Part shown: in pieces, positions 1 to 8,904 of the stretch
How positions within the stretch are numbered: position 1 is the first letter of the stretch
How the letters are laid out: every line of letters starts with the position of its first letter
Source of the DNA: Paracoccaceae bacterium
GTDB taxonomy: Bacteria; Pseudomonadota; Alphaproteobacteria; Rhodobacterales; Rhodobacteraceae
Direction: 5' to 3'
Assembly (NCBI GenBank): GCA_007693835.1
Contig: RECW01000142.1
Span: 36,887-100,886, forward strand
DNA length: 64,000 nt
Position numbers and translations under genes: made by a program
Notes under the pieces: model-generated
Databases searched by the model: none
What the model was told of the DNA's origin: nothing
The model's input: only the letters and a program-made list of their open reading frames with translations

Positions 1-665
1 AGTTCCTGCACTTCGGCCGGATCGACGTCGCCGGCCACCACGAGGATGGCGTTGTCGGGGGCGTAGAAGCGCTCGTAGAAGTCGAGGGCCATCTCGCGCG
101 TCAGCGTCTCCATCTCCGCCCGCCAGCCGATGACAGGCATGCGGTAGGGGTGGTGCTTGAACAGGGCGGCGCTCATCAGCTCGCTGAACTGCGCCCCGGG
201 GTTGTTGTCGACGACCTGGCTGCGTTCTTCGAGGATCACGTCCCGTTCGGTCAGCGCCTGTCGCTCGGTCACGCGCAGGTTGCGCATGCGGTCGGCCTCC
301 ATCTCCATCACGATGGCGAGCCGATCGGCGGCGATGCGCTGGAAATAGCCGGTGAAGTCGCGCGAGGTGAAGGCGTTGTCCTGCCCGCCGTTCTCCGCGA
401 CGACGCGGGAGAAGCCGCCTTCGGGGATCGTGTCGGTGCCCTTGAACATCAGGTGTTCGAGGAAATGCGCGATCCCCGACTGCCCCGGCGGCTCGTCCGC
501 GGCGCCGACGCGGTACCACACCATGTGGGTGACGACCGGCGCGCGGTTATCTTCGATGACCACGCCCTCCATGCCGTTGTCGAGGGTGAAGGTGGTGACG
601 CGCGGTTCGGCCGTCGCCGAGGCGGCGATCAGGGCGAGCGGGACGGCGAACAGGGCGGGGCGCAT
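1..665 (-). CDS. M16 (pitrilysin/insulinase) family zinc peptidase, N-terminal part; the gene continues beyond the window start
   Basis: Not in the ORF track because it runs off the edge. Translating the minus strand from ATG 665-663 gives MRPALFAVPLALIAASATAEP (signal peptide) and later GIAHFLEHLMFKGT, the inverted HxxEH zinc motif. GC3 is very high in this frame. Confidence 0.85.
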   Translation of the reverse strand, partial: MRPALFAVPLALIAASATAEPRVTTFTLDNGMEGVVIEDNRAPVVTHMVWYRVGAADEPPGQSGIAHFLEHLMFKGTDTIPEGGFSRVVAENGGQDNAFTSRDFTGYFQRIAADRLAIVMEMEADRMRNLRVTERQALTERDVILEERSQVVDNNPGAQFSELMSAALFKHHPYRMPVIGWRAEMETLTREMALDFYERFYAPDNAILVVAGDVDPAEVQE

Positions 666-742
666 GCGGGCTCTCCTTCGACGGGGGGCTCGCGGACAGA
701 TAGGCGCGCGACGCCGGGCCGCAAGAAGAACGGCGGCCGTCC

Positions 743-1294
743 TCAGTCCGACGGCGGGCCGGGGGCGACGAAACCCTGGTCGCGCAGCCGCTGCGCCTCC
801 TCCTCGGCGGAGAGCCGTTCGGCCTCGGCGACCGGATCGGGGATCGGAAAACCGAGGATCGACCTGAGCGCGAAACGCGTGTCGGGCGGCGACGCCTCGT
901 CGACGACGATCTGGCGGATCGCGGGATCCGCCGCGTCCGCGCCGGCGGCGGCGAGAAGCGCGGCTTCTCCGCGCGACGCCGCCGGCGCGACTTCGCGCTG
1001 GGTCGGCGCGCCGCCCAGCAGGGCGGCCGCGGCCTCGGCCTGCGGATCGCGCTCGACGCGGCTCGGCGCGCCCGGGCGGGGCGGGGGCAGCGTCGCGAAG
1101 TCGGGCGGCGCCTGGAGCGGTCGCCGCGCCACCACGAGCGTCGCGTCGGGCGGCGGCGTTTCAAGGCCGATGGACTGGCGGAAGCCGCCGCCGCCCGAAC
1201 CGGCCGAACACGCCGCCAGCAGGGAAACGGCGACGATGACGATCGCCGCCGACGCGCGGGTCCGTCGCGAGCTCATCGCGTCCGTGATCGCCAT
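743..1294 (-). CDS. Pro/Ala-rich lipoprotein (DUF3035-like, family name from memory)
   Basis: This is the last 183 codons of track ORF 743..2680(-). ATG at 1294 (alternative ATG at 1276). Lipobox in MAITDAMSSRRTRASAAIVIVAVSLLAAC-SAG. It sits between lspA and the M16 peptidase. Confidence 0.7.
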   Translation of the reverse strand: MAITDAMSSRRTRASAAIVIVAVSLLAACSAGSGGGGFRQSIGLETPPPDATLVVARRPLQAPPDFATLPPPRPGAPSRVERDPQAEAAAALLGGAPTQREVAPAASRGEAALLAAAGADAADPAIRQIVVDEASPPDTRFALRSILGFPIPDPVAEAERLSAEEEAQRLRDQGFVAPGPPSD

Positions 1295-1389
1295 GCCGCA
1301 CCCTCCGCACTCCGCGCGCTTCTCCGCCGCGGCCGCGCGCGCAGACCGTGTCGCACGCCTGACCGCGTCGAGGCAACCGCGCCGCAGGG

Positions 1390-1872
1390 TCACCGCGGGG
1401 CCTCGGCGCGCTTCCTGTCCGGCGCGAACGCCAGACCCGCCGCTCCGGCGAAGATCGCCACGTCGGCGACGTTGAAAGCGTACGGGTTGACGATCCCGCA
1501 GCACGTGACGTTCAGGAAATCCGCGACCGCTCCGTATTCGGCCCGATCCCAGGCGTTGCCGAGCGCGCCGCCGATCAGCGCCCCTGCGCCGGTGACGAAC
1601 CACGCATCGCGGCGCCGCAGCGCCCAGACCGCGACGCAGCCGCTGATCGCCAGCGCCAGCACGATCAGGGCCCAGCGCATGGCCTCCGCATCGCTGGCCA
1701 GCACGCCGAAGTTCACGCCGCGGTTCCACGCCATGCGCAGGCCGAAGACGCCCGGCCAGACGTCGATCGCCAGCCGCTCGGCCAGGCCGAGCCGCTCGAC
1801 GACGAACCATTTCGAAGCCCGATCGACGACGAAGACCGCGAGCGCCACCAGAGCCATGCGTCCCGCGGTCAT
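1390..1872 (-). CDS. lspA: Lipoprotein signal peptidase II
   Basis: 160-aa ORF with about 4 TM segments. Blocks WNRGVNFG, VADFLNV and AFNVADVAI are typical of LspA. A GGGAG SD lies in the end of the upstream gene. Confidence 0.9.
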   Translation of the reverse strand: MTAGRMALVALAVFVVDRASKWFVVERLGLAERLAIDVWPGVFGLRMAWNRGVNFGVLASDAEAMRWALIVLALAISGCVAVWALRRRDAWFVTGAGALIGGALGNAWDRAEYGAVADFLNVTCCGIVNPYAFNVADVAIFAGAAGLAFAPDRKRAEAPR

Positions 1873-1875
1873 CGG

Positions 1876-2202
1876 TCAGTCTCCCTCGTAGCCGCCGCGG
1901 AAGGCGTTCTCGAGCCCGGCGGCGGTGGTCGCGGCGCGGACGCAGTCGGCGTAGAAGGCCCGCGACAACTGGTGCTCGTAGTCGAGCAGCGGTTCGTCGG
2001 CGGCGTGCCGAGGGATCGGGGCGCCTGCGCGATAGCCGCTGGCGTCGATGGCGTCGAGCACCGCGCGCTTGGTCTGGCAATCCAGCCCGCCGATAGCGGG
2101 GGTCGGCAGGCGCACGCCGTCCGCCGTCGTGAACCATTCCTGGGCGGTCGCCCCCGGCGCGGCCGAGAGGATGAAAAGGGCGATGAGAGCGCGAGTCGTC
2201 AC
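1876..2202 (-). CDS. Small secreted hypothetical protein (108 aa)
   Basis: Part of track ORF 1876..2316(-). GTG at 2202 is preceded by GGAGA 7 nt upstream. Signal peptide VTTRALIALFILSAAPGATA-QE. The stop lies 3 nt before the lspA ATG. Confidence 0.5.
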   Translation of the reverse strand: MTTRALIALFILSAAPGATAQEWFTTADGVRLPTPAIGGLDCQTKRAVLDAIDASGYRAGAPIPRHAADEPLLDYEHQLSRAFYADCVRAATTAAGLENAFRGGYEGD

Positions 2203-2328
2203 GGCGGCGTCTCCAGAACACGGGCCTAAAGCAGGTCGCACCAGCAGGTGGGCGGTCCGTGCGGCGAAAACGCGGCGTCGCCCGCCCATCCCCGCCCACC
2301 GTGATCCGCGCGCCACGCCGACGCCGCG

Positions 2329-3417
2329 TCAGACGCCCCACACCCGCGCCCGGTCGACGTAGGTGCGGCCCTCCACCGCGAGGCCGTAAACCGCGCACTG
2401 GCGGACGTAGTCGAAATAGGGGCCGTGGATCTTCTCCGACATCGGGTCGCCCTTGGGGTAGTCCTCGATGGCGGCGAGCGACGCCTCGCCGAGCGCCGCG
2501 ACGACGTCGTCGGGAAAGGCCGAGATGACCGCCCCCTGCGCGATAAGCTGCTGGAGCACGACCGTGTTGTGGTAGCGAAAGTCGGCGTAGGTCTCGTCGG
2601 CCGTCGCCATCGTCGCCACCTCGACGATCTTCCGCAGCGCGGGCGACAGGTCCTCGAAGAAATCGAGATTGACGATGCACTCGAGCCCCGCGCCCGGCTC
2701 ATGGAACGCCGGCAGGTAGTAGTAGGGCGCGATGGTGTAGAGGCCGAGCGCCACGTCGTTCCAGGGCCCGACGAACTCCGCCGCGTCGACCACGCCGCTT
2801 TGCAGCGCGGCGAAGATCTCGCCGGGCGGCGTCAGCACGGTGTTGACGCCGAGGCGGCGCATGATGTCGCCGCCGAGCCCCGCGATCCGCATCGTCAGCC
2901 CCTGCAGGTCGTCGAGCGAGCGGATGGGGTTGCGGAACCAGCCGCCCGCCTGCGTGCCCGAGCCGCCGGCGTAGAAGGGCTTCACGCCGAAGGGCGCGTA
3001 GGCCTCGTCCCAGAGCGCCTGGCCGCCGCCGAAGCGGATCCAGCCGGCGAGCTCCTCCTGCATCAGGCCGTAGGGAAAGGTGGTGAAGTACATCGACGAG
3101 CGGACCTGCCCCACCGCGAAGTACGAGGCGGTGTGGCCGAACGCGACGGCGCCGCTCGACACCGCGTCGAAGACGCCGAAGGGCGGCACGAGTTCGCCGC
3201 CGCCGTGGTAGCGCACCGTCAGCCGCCCGTCGGAAAGCTCGGTGATGCGCTGCGCCAGACGCTCGGCGTTGACGCCGACGCCGGGCAGACCGCGCGGGAA
3301 GGCCCCGACCAGATCGACCGTCTGGCTCGCCCGCGCCACCGCGGGCGCGGCCAGCGCCGCTCCGCCACCTGTCGCCGCCGCGATGAAATCCCGCCGCCGC
3401 ATCGCCCCTTGCGCCAT
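2329..3417 (-). CDS. TRAP-transporter periplasmic solute-binding protein (DctP family) with a Tat signal; no DctQ/DctM nearby
   Basis: 362-aa ORF. Twin-arginine signal MRRRDFIAAATGGGAALAAPAVARA. DctP-like blocks: FPYGL, GGWFRNPI, LQGLTMRI, VDAAEFVGPWND. AGGAGG lies 8 nt upstream of ATG 3417. Confidence 0.85.
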   Translation of the reverse strand: MAQGAMRRRDFIAAATGGGAALAAPAVARASQTVDLVGAFPRGLPGVGVNAERLAQRITELSDGRLTVRYHGGGELVPPFGVFDAVSSGAVAFGHTASYFAVGQVRSSMYFTTFPYGLMQEELAGWIRFGGGQALWDEAYAPFGVKPFYAGGSGTQAGGWFRNPIRSLDDLQGLTMRIAGLGGDIMRRLGVNTVLTPPGEIFAALQSGVVDAAEFVGPWNDVALGLYTIAPYYYLPAFHEPGAGLECIVNLDFFEDLSPALRKIVEVATMATADETYADFRYHNTVVLQQLIAQGAVISAFPDDVVAALGEASLAAIEDYPKGDPMSEKIHGPYFDYVRQCAVYGLAVEGRTYVDRARVWGV

Positions 3418-3521
3418 GGGCGTCCCCTCCTTGCGATTTGCGGCGCGATGGTGCGCCGAAAGCCGAGCGCGCGTCCACCGCCGCGACGCCGCGTTTGCGC
3501 GGCCCGGCTGCGCCGTGCTTA

Positions 3522-5237
3522 ATGATCGGGCATGGTTTCTTGAGGGAGGCCGCCACGTCCGCCGCCGCGTCGCCCCGCTTCATCGACCTGTTCACGCCGA
3601 AACTGGTCACCGTGTTCCGCGAGGGATACGGGCTGAGCGACCTGCGCGCGGATTTCCTCGCCGGCCTCACGGTGGCCATCGTCGCCCTGCCGCTGTCGAT
3701 GGCCATCGCCATCGCGTCGGGCGTCAGCCCCGAACACGGGCTCTACTCCGCCATCGTCGGCGGGTTTCTGGTGTCGGCGCTCGGCGGCAGCCGTCACCAG
3801 ATCGGCGGACCGGCGGGGGCCTTCATCGTGCTGGTCTCCGCCACCGTGGCGCGCCACGGGCTCGACGGGCTGCTGCTCGCGACCCTGCTCGCGGGGCTGA
3901 TGCTGACGGCGGCGGGGTTTCTCCGGCTCGGGACCTACATCAAGTTCATCCCCTACCCGGTGACGGTCGGCTTCACCGCCGGCATCGCGGTGATCATCTT
4001 CGCCAGCCAGATCGCGCCGCTCTTCGGCCTGACGCTCGACGGCGCCGAGCCGAGCGCGGTGCTGGAGAAGCTGCCGGCGCTCTGGGCCGCGCGCGAGACG
4101 GTGAACCCGGTCGCCTTCGGCGTCGCCGCGGCGGTGATCGCGGTGATCGCGCTGACCCGGCGCTTCGCGCCGGCCGTGCCCGGCATGCTGGTCGCCATCG
4201 CCGCCGCGGGCCTCGCGGCGTGGGGCTTCGACCTGCCGGTGGAGACGGTCGCCGACCGTTTCGGCGCGCTGCCGTCGGGGCCGCCGGCGTTCGTCGTTCC
4301 GGAGATCGGATGGGAGAAGGTGGCCGCGGTGCTGCCCGACGCCTTCGCCTTCGCGCTGCTGGGCGCGATCGAGTCGCTGCTGTCGGCGGTGGTGGCGGAC
4401 GGGATGACCGGGCGTCAGCACCGCTCGAACTGCGAACTGGTGGCGCAGGGCGCGGCGAACGTCGGCGCGGCGCTGTTCGGCGGCTTCGTCGTCACGGGCA
4501 CCATCGCGCGCACGGCGACCAACGTGCGCGCCGGGGCGCGCGGGCCGGTCTCGGGGATGCTGCATGCGCTGATCCTGCTCGGCTTCCTCGTCGTGGCGGC
4601 GCCGCTCGCCGGGGCCATCCCGCTCGCGGCGCTGGCCGGCGTGCTGGCGACGGTGGCCTGGACCATGGCCGAGAAGCACGCTTTCGCCACCCTCGCGACC
4701 GGCGACCGCGGCGACGCGGTCGCCCTCTTCGCCACCTTCCTGCTGACGGTGTTCCGCGACCTGACCGAGGCGATCATCGCCGGTTTCGCCATCGGCTCGG
4801 TCGTGTTCATCCACCGCATGTCGACCGCCGCCACGATCCGCGCCGAGCCCGCGTTCACGGCCGAAGACCGGCCCGACGTGATGAACCGGCGCGAGCCGGA
4901 AGCCGCGCCCGACATCGTGGTCCACCGCATCACCGGCGTGCTGTTCTTCGGCGCGGCCTCCATCGTGGAGGGTGCGCTCGACAAGATCGGCGCGGACCAC
5001 CGCGCCATGGTGATCGACATCGCCGCGGTGCCGTTCCTCGACTCGAGCGGCGCGCACTCGCTGGAAGGGCTGGTGCGCCGGGCCGAGCGGCGGGGGATCC
5101 GGGTCTATGTCGTCGGCGCCGACGCGCGCGCCAAGGCGGCGCTCCGCGCCGAAGGGCTCGCGGCGCCGCGGGTCCACTATCTCGCGACCGTCGACGCCGC
5201 GCTCTCGGCCTGGCGACGGCGCAGCGCCGAGGCCTGA
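3522..5237 (+). CDS. SulP-family anion (sulfate/bicarbonate-type) permease with a C-terminal STAS domain
   Basis: Track ORF 3438..5237. I prefer ATG 3522 (MIGHGFL...). Blocks DFLAGLTVAIVALPLSMAIAIASGV and GPAGAFIVLV. The C-terminus (VVHRITGVLFFGAA...FLDSSGAHSLE) is STAS-like. Confidence 0.85.
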   Translation: MIGHGFLREAATSAAASPRFIDLFTPKLVTVFREGYGLSDLRADFLAGLTVAIVALPLSMAIAIASGVSPEHGLYSAIVGGFLVSALGGSRHQIGGPAGAFIVLVSATVARHGLDGLLLATLLAGLMLTAAGFLRLGTYIKFIPYPVTVGFTAGIAVIIFASQIAPLFGLTLDGAEPSAVLEKLPALWAARETVNPVAFGVAAAVIAVIALTRRFAPAVPGMLVAIAAAGLAAWGFDLPVETVADRFGALPSGPPAFVVPEIGWEKVAAVLPDAFAFALLGAIESLLSAVVADGMTGRQHRSNCELVAQGAANVGAALFGGFVVTGTIARTATNVRAGARGPVSGMLHALILLGFLVVAAPLAGAIPLAALAGVLATVAWTMAEKHAFATLATGDRGDAVALFATFLLTVFRDLTEAIIAGFAIGSVVFIHRMSTAATIRAEPAFTAEDRPDVMNRREPEAAPDIVVHRITGVLFFGAASIVEGALDKIGADHRAMVIDIAAVPFLDSSGAHSLEGLVRRAERRGIRVYVVGADARAKAALRAEGLAAPRVHYLATVDAALSAWRRRSAEA

Positions 5238-5250
5238 GCGGCGCGGCGCG

Positions 5251-6243
5251 TCAGAAGACGGCGTGGTCGCCGCGGTCGTCCTCCGCCTCGCCGCGCAGCA
5301 GGCGGGCGTGGTGGGCCTCCAGCGTGTCGCTTCCGAACGAGGGCGTGGCGTCGGCGTCGTAACGGCCGGTCGCCGGGTCGAGGACCAGCATCGATTCGGT
5401 GGCGTAATAGCGCCCGATCCGCGCGAGCTCCGCCTTGTCGCGCAGACGCGGCGAGACCCGGCCGAGCGCGTCCAGCGTCGCGATGATCCCGTCGAGGAGC
5501 CGGACGGGGACGTGGCGGAACCGGGGCGGACGGCCGAGCAGCCGGAACAGCGCCTCGCCCTGCGCCAAGGGCGTCAGCGCCGGGCCGGGGCCGCCGATGG
5601 GCAGGATGCGGTTGCGCCGGCTCCCGTCGTCGAGGCAGTCGGCGAGGTAGCGGCCGAGATCGGCGTCGCTGATCGGCTTGCAGGCGGTCAGCCGACCGTC
5701 GCCGAACACGAGGAACGGCTTGCCCTTGCGCACCCGCGCCACCTGCCCGGACAGCGACTTGAAGAAGGCGGTCGGCCTCACGATGACGTAGGGGACGCCG
5801 GAGTCGATCAACGCCCGCTCGAAGGCCAGCTTGGCGTGCTGGAAGGCGAGAAGGGGTTTCTGCACGCAGATCGCCGACAGCAGGACGAAGAGCGAGACGC
5901 CGGCGGCGCGCGCGGCGTCGAGGGCGGCGCGGTGGGCGTCGTGGTCTATGGCCCAGGCGTCGGCCGGCGCGCCGGTGCGGGAGGCCATGCAGGAGACCAG
6001 CGCGTCGAACCGCTCGCCGCGGAAGCCGTCGCGGGCCAGCGACGCGGGGTCCGTGGGGTCGCCGGCGCGGATTTCGGCCGCCTGCGGCAAACCGCGGTCC
6101 GGCGCCGCGCCCGGTTTCGCGCGCACGAAGCAGACCACCTCGTGCCCCTTCGCGACCAGCGCCGCCGTGGTCGCGCGCCCGATCGAGCCGGTCGCGCCGA
6201 GGACGAACACGCGGCGGGGCGCGGGGGACGGGGCGTCGATCAT
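5251..6243 (-). CDS. NAD(P)H-binding atypical SDR of the divinyl (bacterio)chlorophyllide 8-vinyl reductase (DVR/BciA) family
   Basis: 330 aa. Rossmann motif VFVLGATGSIGRA. Long collinear blocks remembered from plant DVR and Rhodobacter BciA: LLSAICVQKPLLAFQHAKLAFE, VRPTAFFKSLSGQV, FGDGRLTACKPISDADL, LPIGGPGPALTPLAQGE, YYATESMLVLDPATGRY, TPSFGSDTLE. Confidence 0.7.
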   Translation of the reverse strand: MIDAPSPAPRRVFVLGATGSIGRATTAALVAKGHEVVCFVRAKPGAAPDRGLPQAAEIRAGDPTDPASLARDGFRGERFDALVSCMASRTGAPADAWAIDHDAHRAALDAARAAGVSLFVLLSAICVQKPLLAFQHAKLAFERALIDSGVPYVIVRPTAFFKSLSGQVARVRKGKPFLVFGDGRLTACKPISDADLGRYLADCLDDGSRRNRILPIGGPGPALTPLAQGEALFRLLGRPPRFRHVPVRLLDGIIATLDALGRVSPRLRDKAELARIGRYYATESMLVLDPATGRYDADATPSFGSDTLEAHHARLLRGEAEDDRGDHAVF

Positions 6244-6307
6244 CGGTGCGGGCTCCTCGCCGGGGCCGCCGTGATAGCGCCGGCGAGGACGGGTCGCCAG
6301 TGGCGGC

Positions 6308-7099
6308 TCAGACCATCGGCGCGCCGGTCGCCTCGTGCAGCCGGACCTGCGCCGCGCGCGGCAGCCTCAGCGCGGCGGCGAGCGCGCGCAGGTGGTCGCG
6401 CTCGGCGTCGGTGTCGATGTCCACGGCGAGCAGGGAGGCGGCGTAGACCTCCGCCGCGAGCTGCGGGCTGGTCGCCTCGGCCGCCAGCGCCGCGACGTCG
6501 ATGGGCGCGGCCATCTCGGCCATGACGAAGCGGCGCTCCGCCTCGCCCGCCTCGCTCAGCCGGCCGACGATGCGGTCCATCTCCCTGGCGTCCACATGGC
6601 CGTCGGCCTTGGCGGCGGCGATCATGGCGCGGAGCACGAGCCGCTCGGCTTCGGGGCTTGTCGCCTCCCGCGCCGCGGTTTCGGGCGCCGGCGCCGGGGC
6701 GCCCTCCTGCGCGGCGTAGGTCTTGAGCGCGTTGTAGGCGAGCGCCCCGAGGATCGCCATCGCCCCGCCGCCGGCCGCGCCCCGCGCCGCCCCGGTCCCG
6801 CCGCCGAGCAGCGCGCCGACCGCCGCGCCGAGGCCGCCGATCTGCGCGCCGGACATGCCGCCGGCCTGCTGACCCTTGAAGAAGCCCTGCACGAGCTCGG
6901 CGAGCCCGCTCGCCTGCCCGCCCACCCCGGCCCCGCCCGCCCCGGCCCCGCCCGCCCCGGCCCCGCCCATCGCGCCGAAGAGAGACGCCATCGCGTCCTC
7001 GAGGCCGCCGCCGGCCGAGGCCGCGGTGTTGAGCCGGTTTTTCGTCTGGGCGCCGATGCCCTGCTGCAGCATGTCGCCGACGATCGCGCCGAGGTTCAT
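6308..7099 (-). CDS. TerB-like / DUF533 (YebE-like) protein with a Gly/Ala-rich linker
   Basis: Part of track ORF 6308..7363(-). ATG 7099 follows GGAGA. The C-terminal domain (RAMIAAAKADGHVDAREMDRIV...DHLRALAAAL) is typical of TerB/DUF533. Confidence 0.75.
   Translation of the reverse strand: MNLGAIVGDMLQQGIGAQTKNRLNTAASAGGGLEDAMASLFGAMGGAGAGGAGAGGAGVGGQASGLAELVQGFFKGQQAGGMSGAQIGGLGAAVGALLGGGTGAARGAAGGGAMAILGALAYNALKTYAAQEGAPAPAPETAAREATSPEAERLVLRAMIAAAKADGHVDAREMDRIVGRLSEAGEAERRFVMAEMAAPIDVAALAAEATSPQLAAEVYAASLLAVDIDTDAERDHLRALAAALRLPRAAQVRLHEATGAPMV
6925..6969. repeat. In-frame 15-bp x3 tandem repeat (ccccggccccgcccg) inside the DUF533-like gene
   Basis: Copies at 6925-6939, 6940-6954 and 6955-6969; the last base of copy 3 differs. 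It encodes the (GAGGA)n-like stretch GGAGAGGAGAGGAGVGG. Confidence 0.85.
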
Positions 7100-7211
7100 G
7101 GCCGTCTCCTGTCCCGAGCGCCACGGACGGCGCACATCGAGAATTAACCGAATCGGGCGCGCCGCGCGACCGTGATGGACTTCGTTCGCATCCTGTTCCA
7201 AGCTTCCGCCC

Positions 7212-7667
7212 ATGACAGCCTTCGTCGACACCCCCGGCGCGCTGCTCGCCCGCGGCGTCTGCCGTCTGCTGATCGACGCCGGCGCGGCGCCGGTGACCGA
7301 GTTCGCCCTGCCGAATGGGGGGCGCGTCGACGTCATCGCGCTCGACGCCGCGGGCGTCGTCACCGTGGTGGAGGTGAAGGCGAGCCTGTCGGATTTCCGC
7401 GCCGACGGGAAATGGCCCGGCTATCTGCCGTGGTGCGACGCGTTCTATTTCGCGGTCGACGCGGGTTTTCCGCTCGAGGCGCTGCCCGACGACGCGGGCG
7501 TGATCCTCGCCGACGCCTGGGGCGGCGAGATCCTGCGCCCGGCCGCGCCGCGGCCCCTCGCTCCGGCCCGCCGCCGCGCGCTGACGCTGCGGCTTGCGCG
7601 CGCGGCGGCGACGCGTCTGCGCCGGACCCTCGACCCGGGCCTCAGCGGCGGGGCGGACGCGATCTGA
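7212..7667 (+). CDS. MmcB-family (PD-(D/E)XK nuclease-like) DNA repair protein
   Basis: 151 aa. GRVDVIALD...VVEVKAS matches the D...(D/E)xK nuclease-fold pattern. The overall sequence is as remembered for alphaproteobacterial MmcB/DUF1052. Confidence 0.65.
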   Translation: MTAFVDTPGALLARGVCRLLIDAGAAPVTEFALPNGGRVDVIALDAAGVVTVVEVKASLSDFRADGKWPGYLPWCDAFYFAVDAGFPLEALPDDAGVILADAWGGEILRPAAPRPLAPARRRALTLRLARAAATRLRRTLDPGLSGGADAI

Positions 7668-8904
7668 AGACGCGGCCCGCAGGCAGGCGGATCGTCGCGG
7701 CGAGGCCCGCGCCCGGCGCGGTCTCGATCTCGAGCGTTCCGCCGTGAGCCTCGGCGATCTCCTCGGCGATGGCGAGGCCGAGCCCGCCGCTCCGCCCGTC
7801 GCCTCCGCGCGCGACGCGGCCGGCGCGCGCCCGCGCCAGCGCGGCTTCGTCCATGCCGGGGCCGTCGTCGGCCACCGCGAGCGTCGCGCCGCTCGCCCGG
7901 CCGACGTCCTCCAGCGCCACCGCGACTCTTCCGCCGGCGCGGCCGTGGCGGATCGCGTTGTCGATCAGGTTGCCGAGGGCGCGGCCGAGCGCCTCGGCGT
8001 CGATCAGCGCCGAGAGCCCCGAGGGCGTCGGGGCGTCGAGGCGGACGCCGCGCGCCGCCGCCGCGGGCGCCGCGAGGCGCAGGGCGTCGGCGGCCACGTC
8101 GTCGAGCGACGCTTCGGAGAGCCTAAGCCCCTCGCCCCCGACGCCGAGCGCCACCATGTCGTCGGCGAGCCGGCGCATCCGCTCGGCGGCGGCGGACAGG
8201 TCGTCGAGATAGGCGCGCAGCCGGTCGGGCGGCGTCGTCTCTGCGGCTTCCCGCAGGAATTCGGCGAAGCCGAGCACGGCGGTCAGCGGGGAGCGGAACT
8301 CGTGGGCGATCCGCGCGAGCGCGAGGGCCGAGATCGACCCGCCCGCCGCGCCGCCGCGCGCCGTCGCGAGGCGGAGCCCTCCGGGGAGCGGCGTGCTGGC
8401 CAGCGCCGCCCGGCCCGCGCCGTCCAGCGCGCGGAACGCCGCGTTGGCGCGGAGCGCCGCGCCGCCTGCATCGAGCACGGCGAGGGGCGTCGGCGCGGCT
8501 TCGAACGCCGCCGCCGCCAGCCCGTCGTCCGTGGTGGCGGTTTCGGGCGGCGGGTCGGGCGCGAAGGCGGCGCGACGCCCGATGCGGCCGTCTGGCAGGG
8601 CGGCGGGCGCGACGATCAGGCGTCCCGGCGCAGGACCCGCGACGCCGGTCAGCACCGTCGGACCGCCGCCGCCCGCGAGGGCGGCGCGGAGCGCGGCCAG
8701 CGCCGGGGCCGGAAGCGCGTCGGCGCCGGCCGCGCCCCAGAACGCGAGCGCCGCCGGGTTCGCCCAGACCACCCGTCCGCGCGCGCCGTCCCACAGCCAG
8801 ATCAGGTCCTTGACCGCAGGCCGTGGCGGCGGGGGAGCGGACGGCGGCGCGAGCGCCGCCCCGAAAGCCTCGGCGTCGTCGGGGCCGGACCCGTCCGCGC
8901 TCAC
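7642..8904 (-). CDS. Soluble sensor histidine kinase (PAS-like N-terminus, HisKA + HATPase_c), orphan
   Basis: H-box IAHEFRSPLTAVLGF, N-box GNLIDNAIRHG, G1 DDGPGM, G2 GGLGLAIA. No TM segment. GTG 8904 overlaps the TGA of the upstream small ORF (GTGA). The longer 564-aa track ORF would overlap that ORF. Confidence 0.8.
   Translation of the reverse strand: MSADGSGPDDAEAFGAALAPPSAPPPPRPAVKDLIWLWDGARGRVVWANPAALAFWGAAGADALPAPALAALRAALAGGGGPTVLTGVAGPAPGRLIVAPAALPDGRIGRRAAFAPDPPPETATTDDGLAAAAFEAAPTPLAVLDAGGAALRANAAFRALDGAGRAALASTPLPGGLRLATARGGAAGGSISALALARIAHEFRSPLTAVLGFAEFLREAAETTPPDRLRAYLDDLSAAAERMRRLADDMVALGVGGEGLRLSEASLDDVAADALRLAAPAAAARGVRLDAPTPSGLSALIDAEALGRALGNLIDNAIRHGRAGGRVAVALEDVGRASGATLAVADDGPGMDEAALARARAGRVARGGDGRSGGLGLAIAEEIAEAHGGTLEIETAPGAGLAATIRLPAGRVFRSRPPRR

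Noticed and set aside
743-2680. 645-aa minus-strand ORF spanning lspA and neighbouring genes
   Set aside because: Only its last 183 codons (the lipoprotein at 743-1294) look coding. The rest overlaps lspA, the secreted 108-aa ORF and the TRAP SBP gene in other frames.
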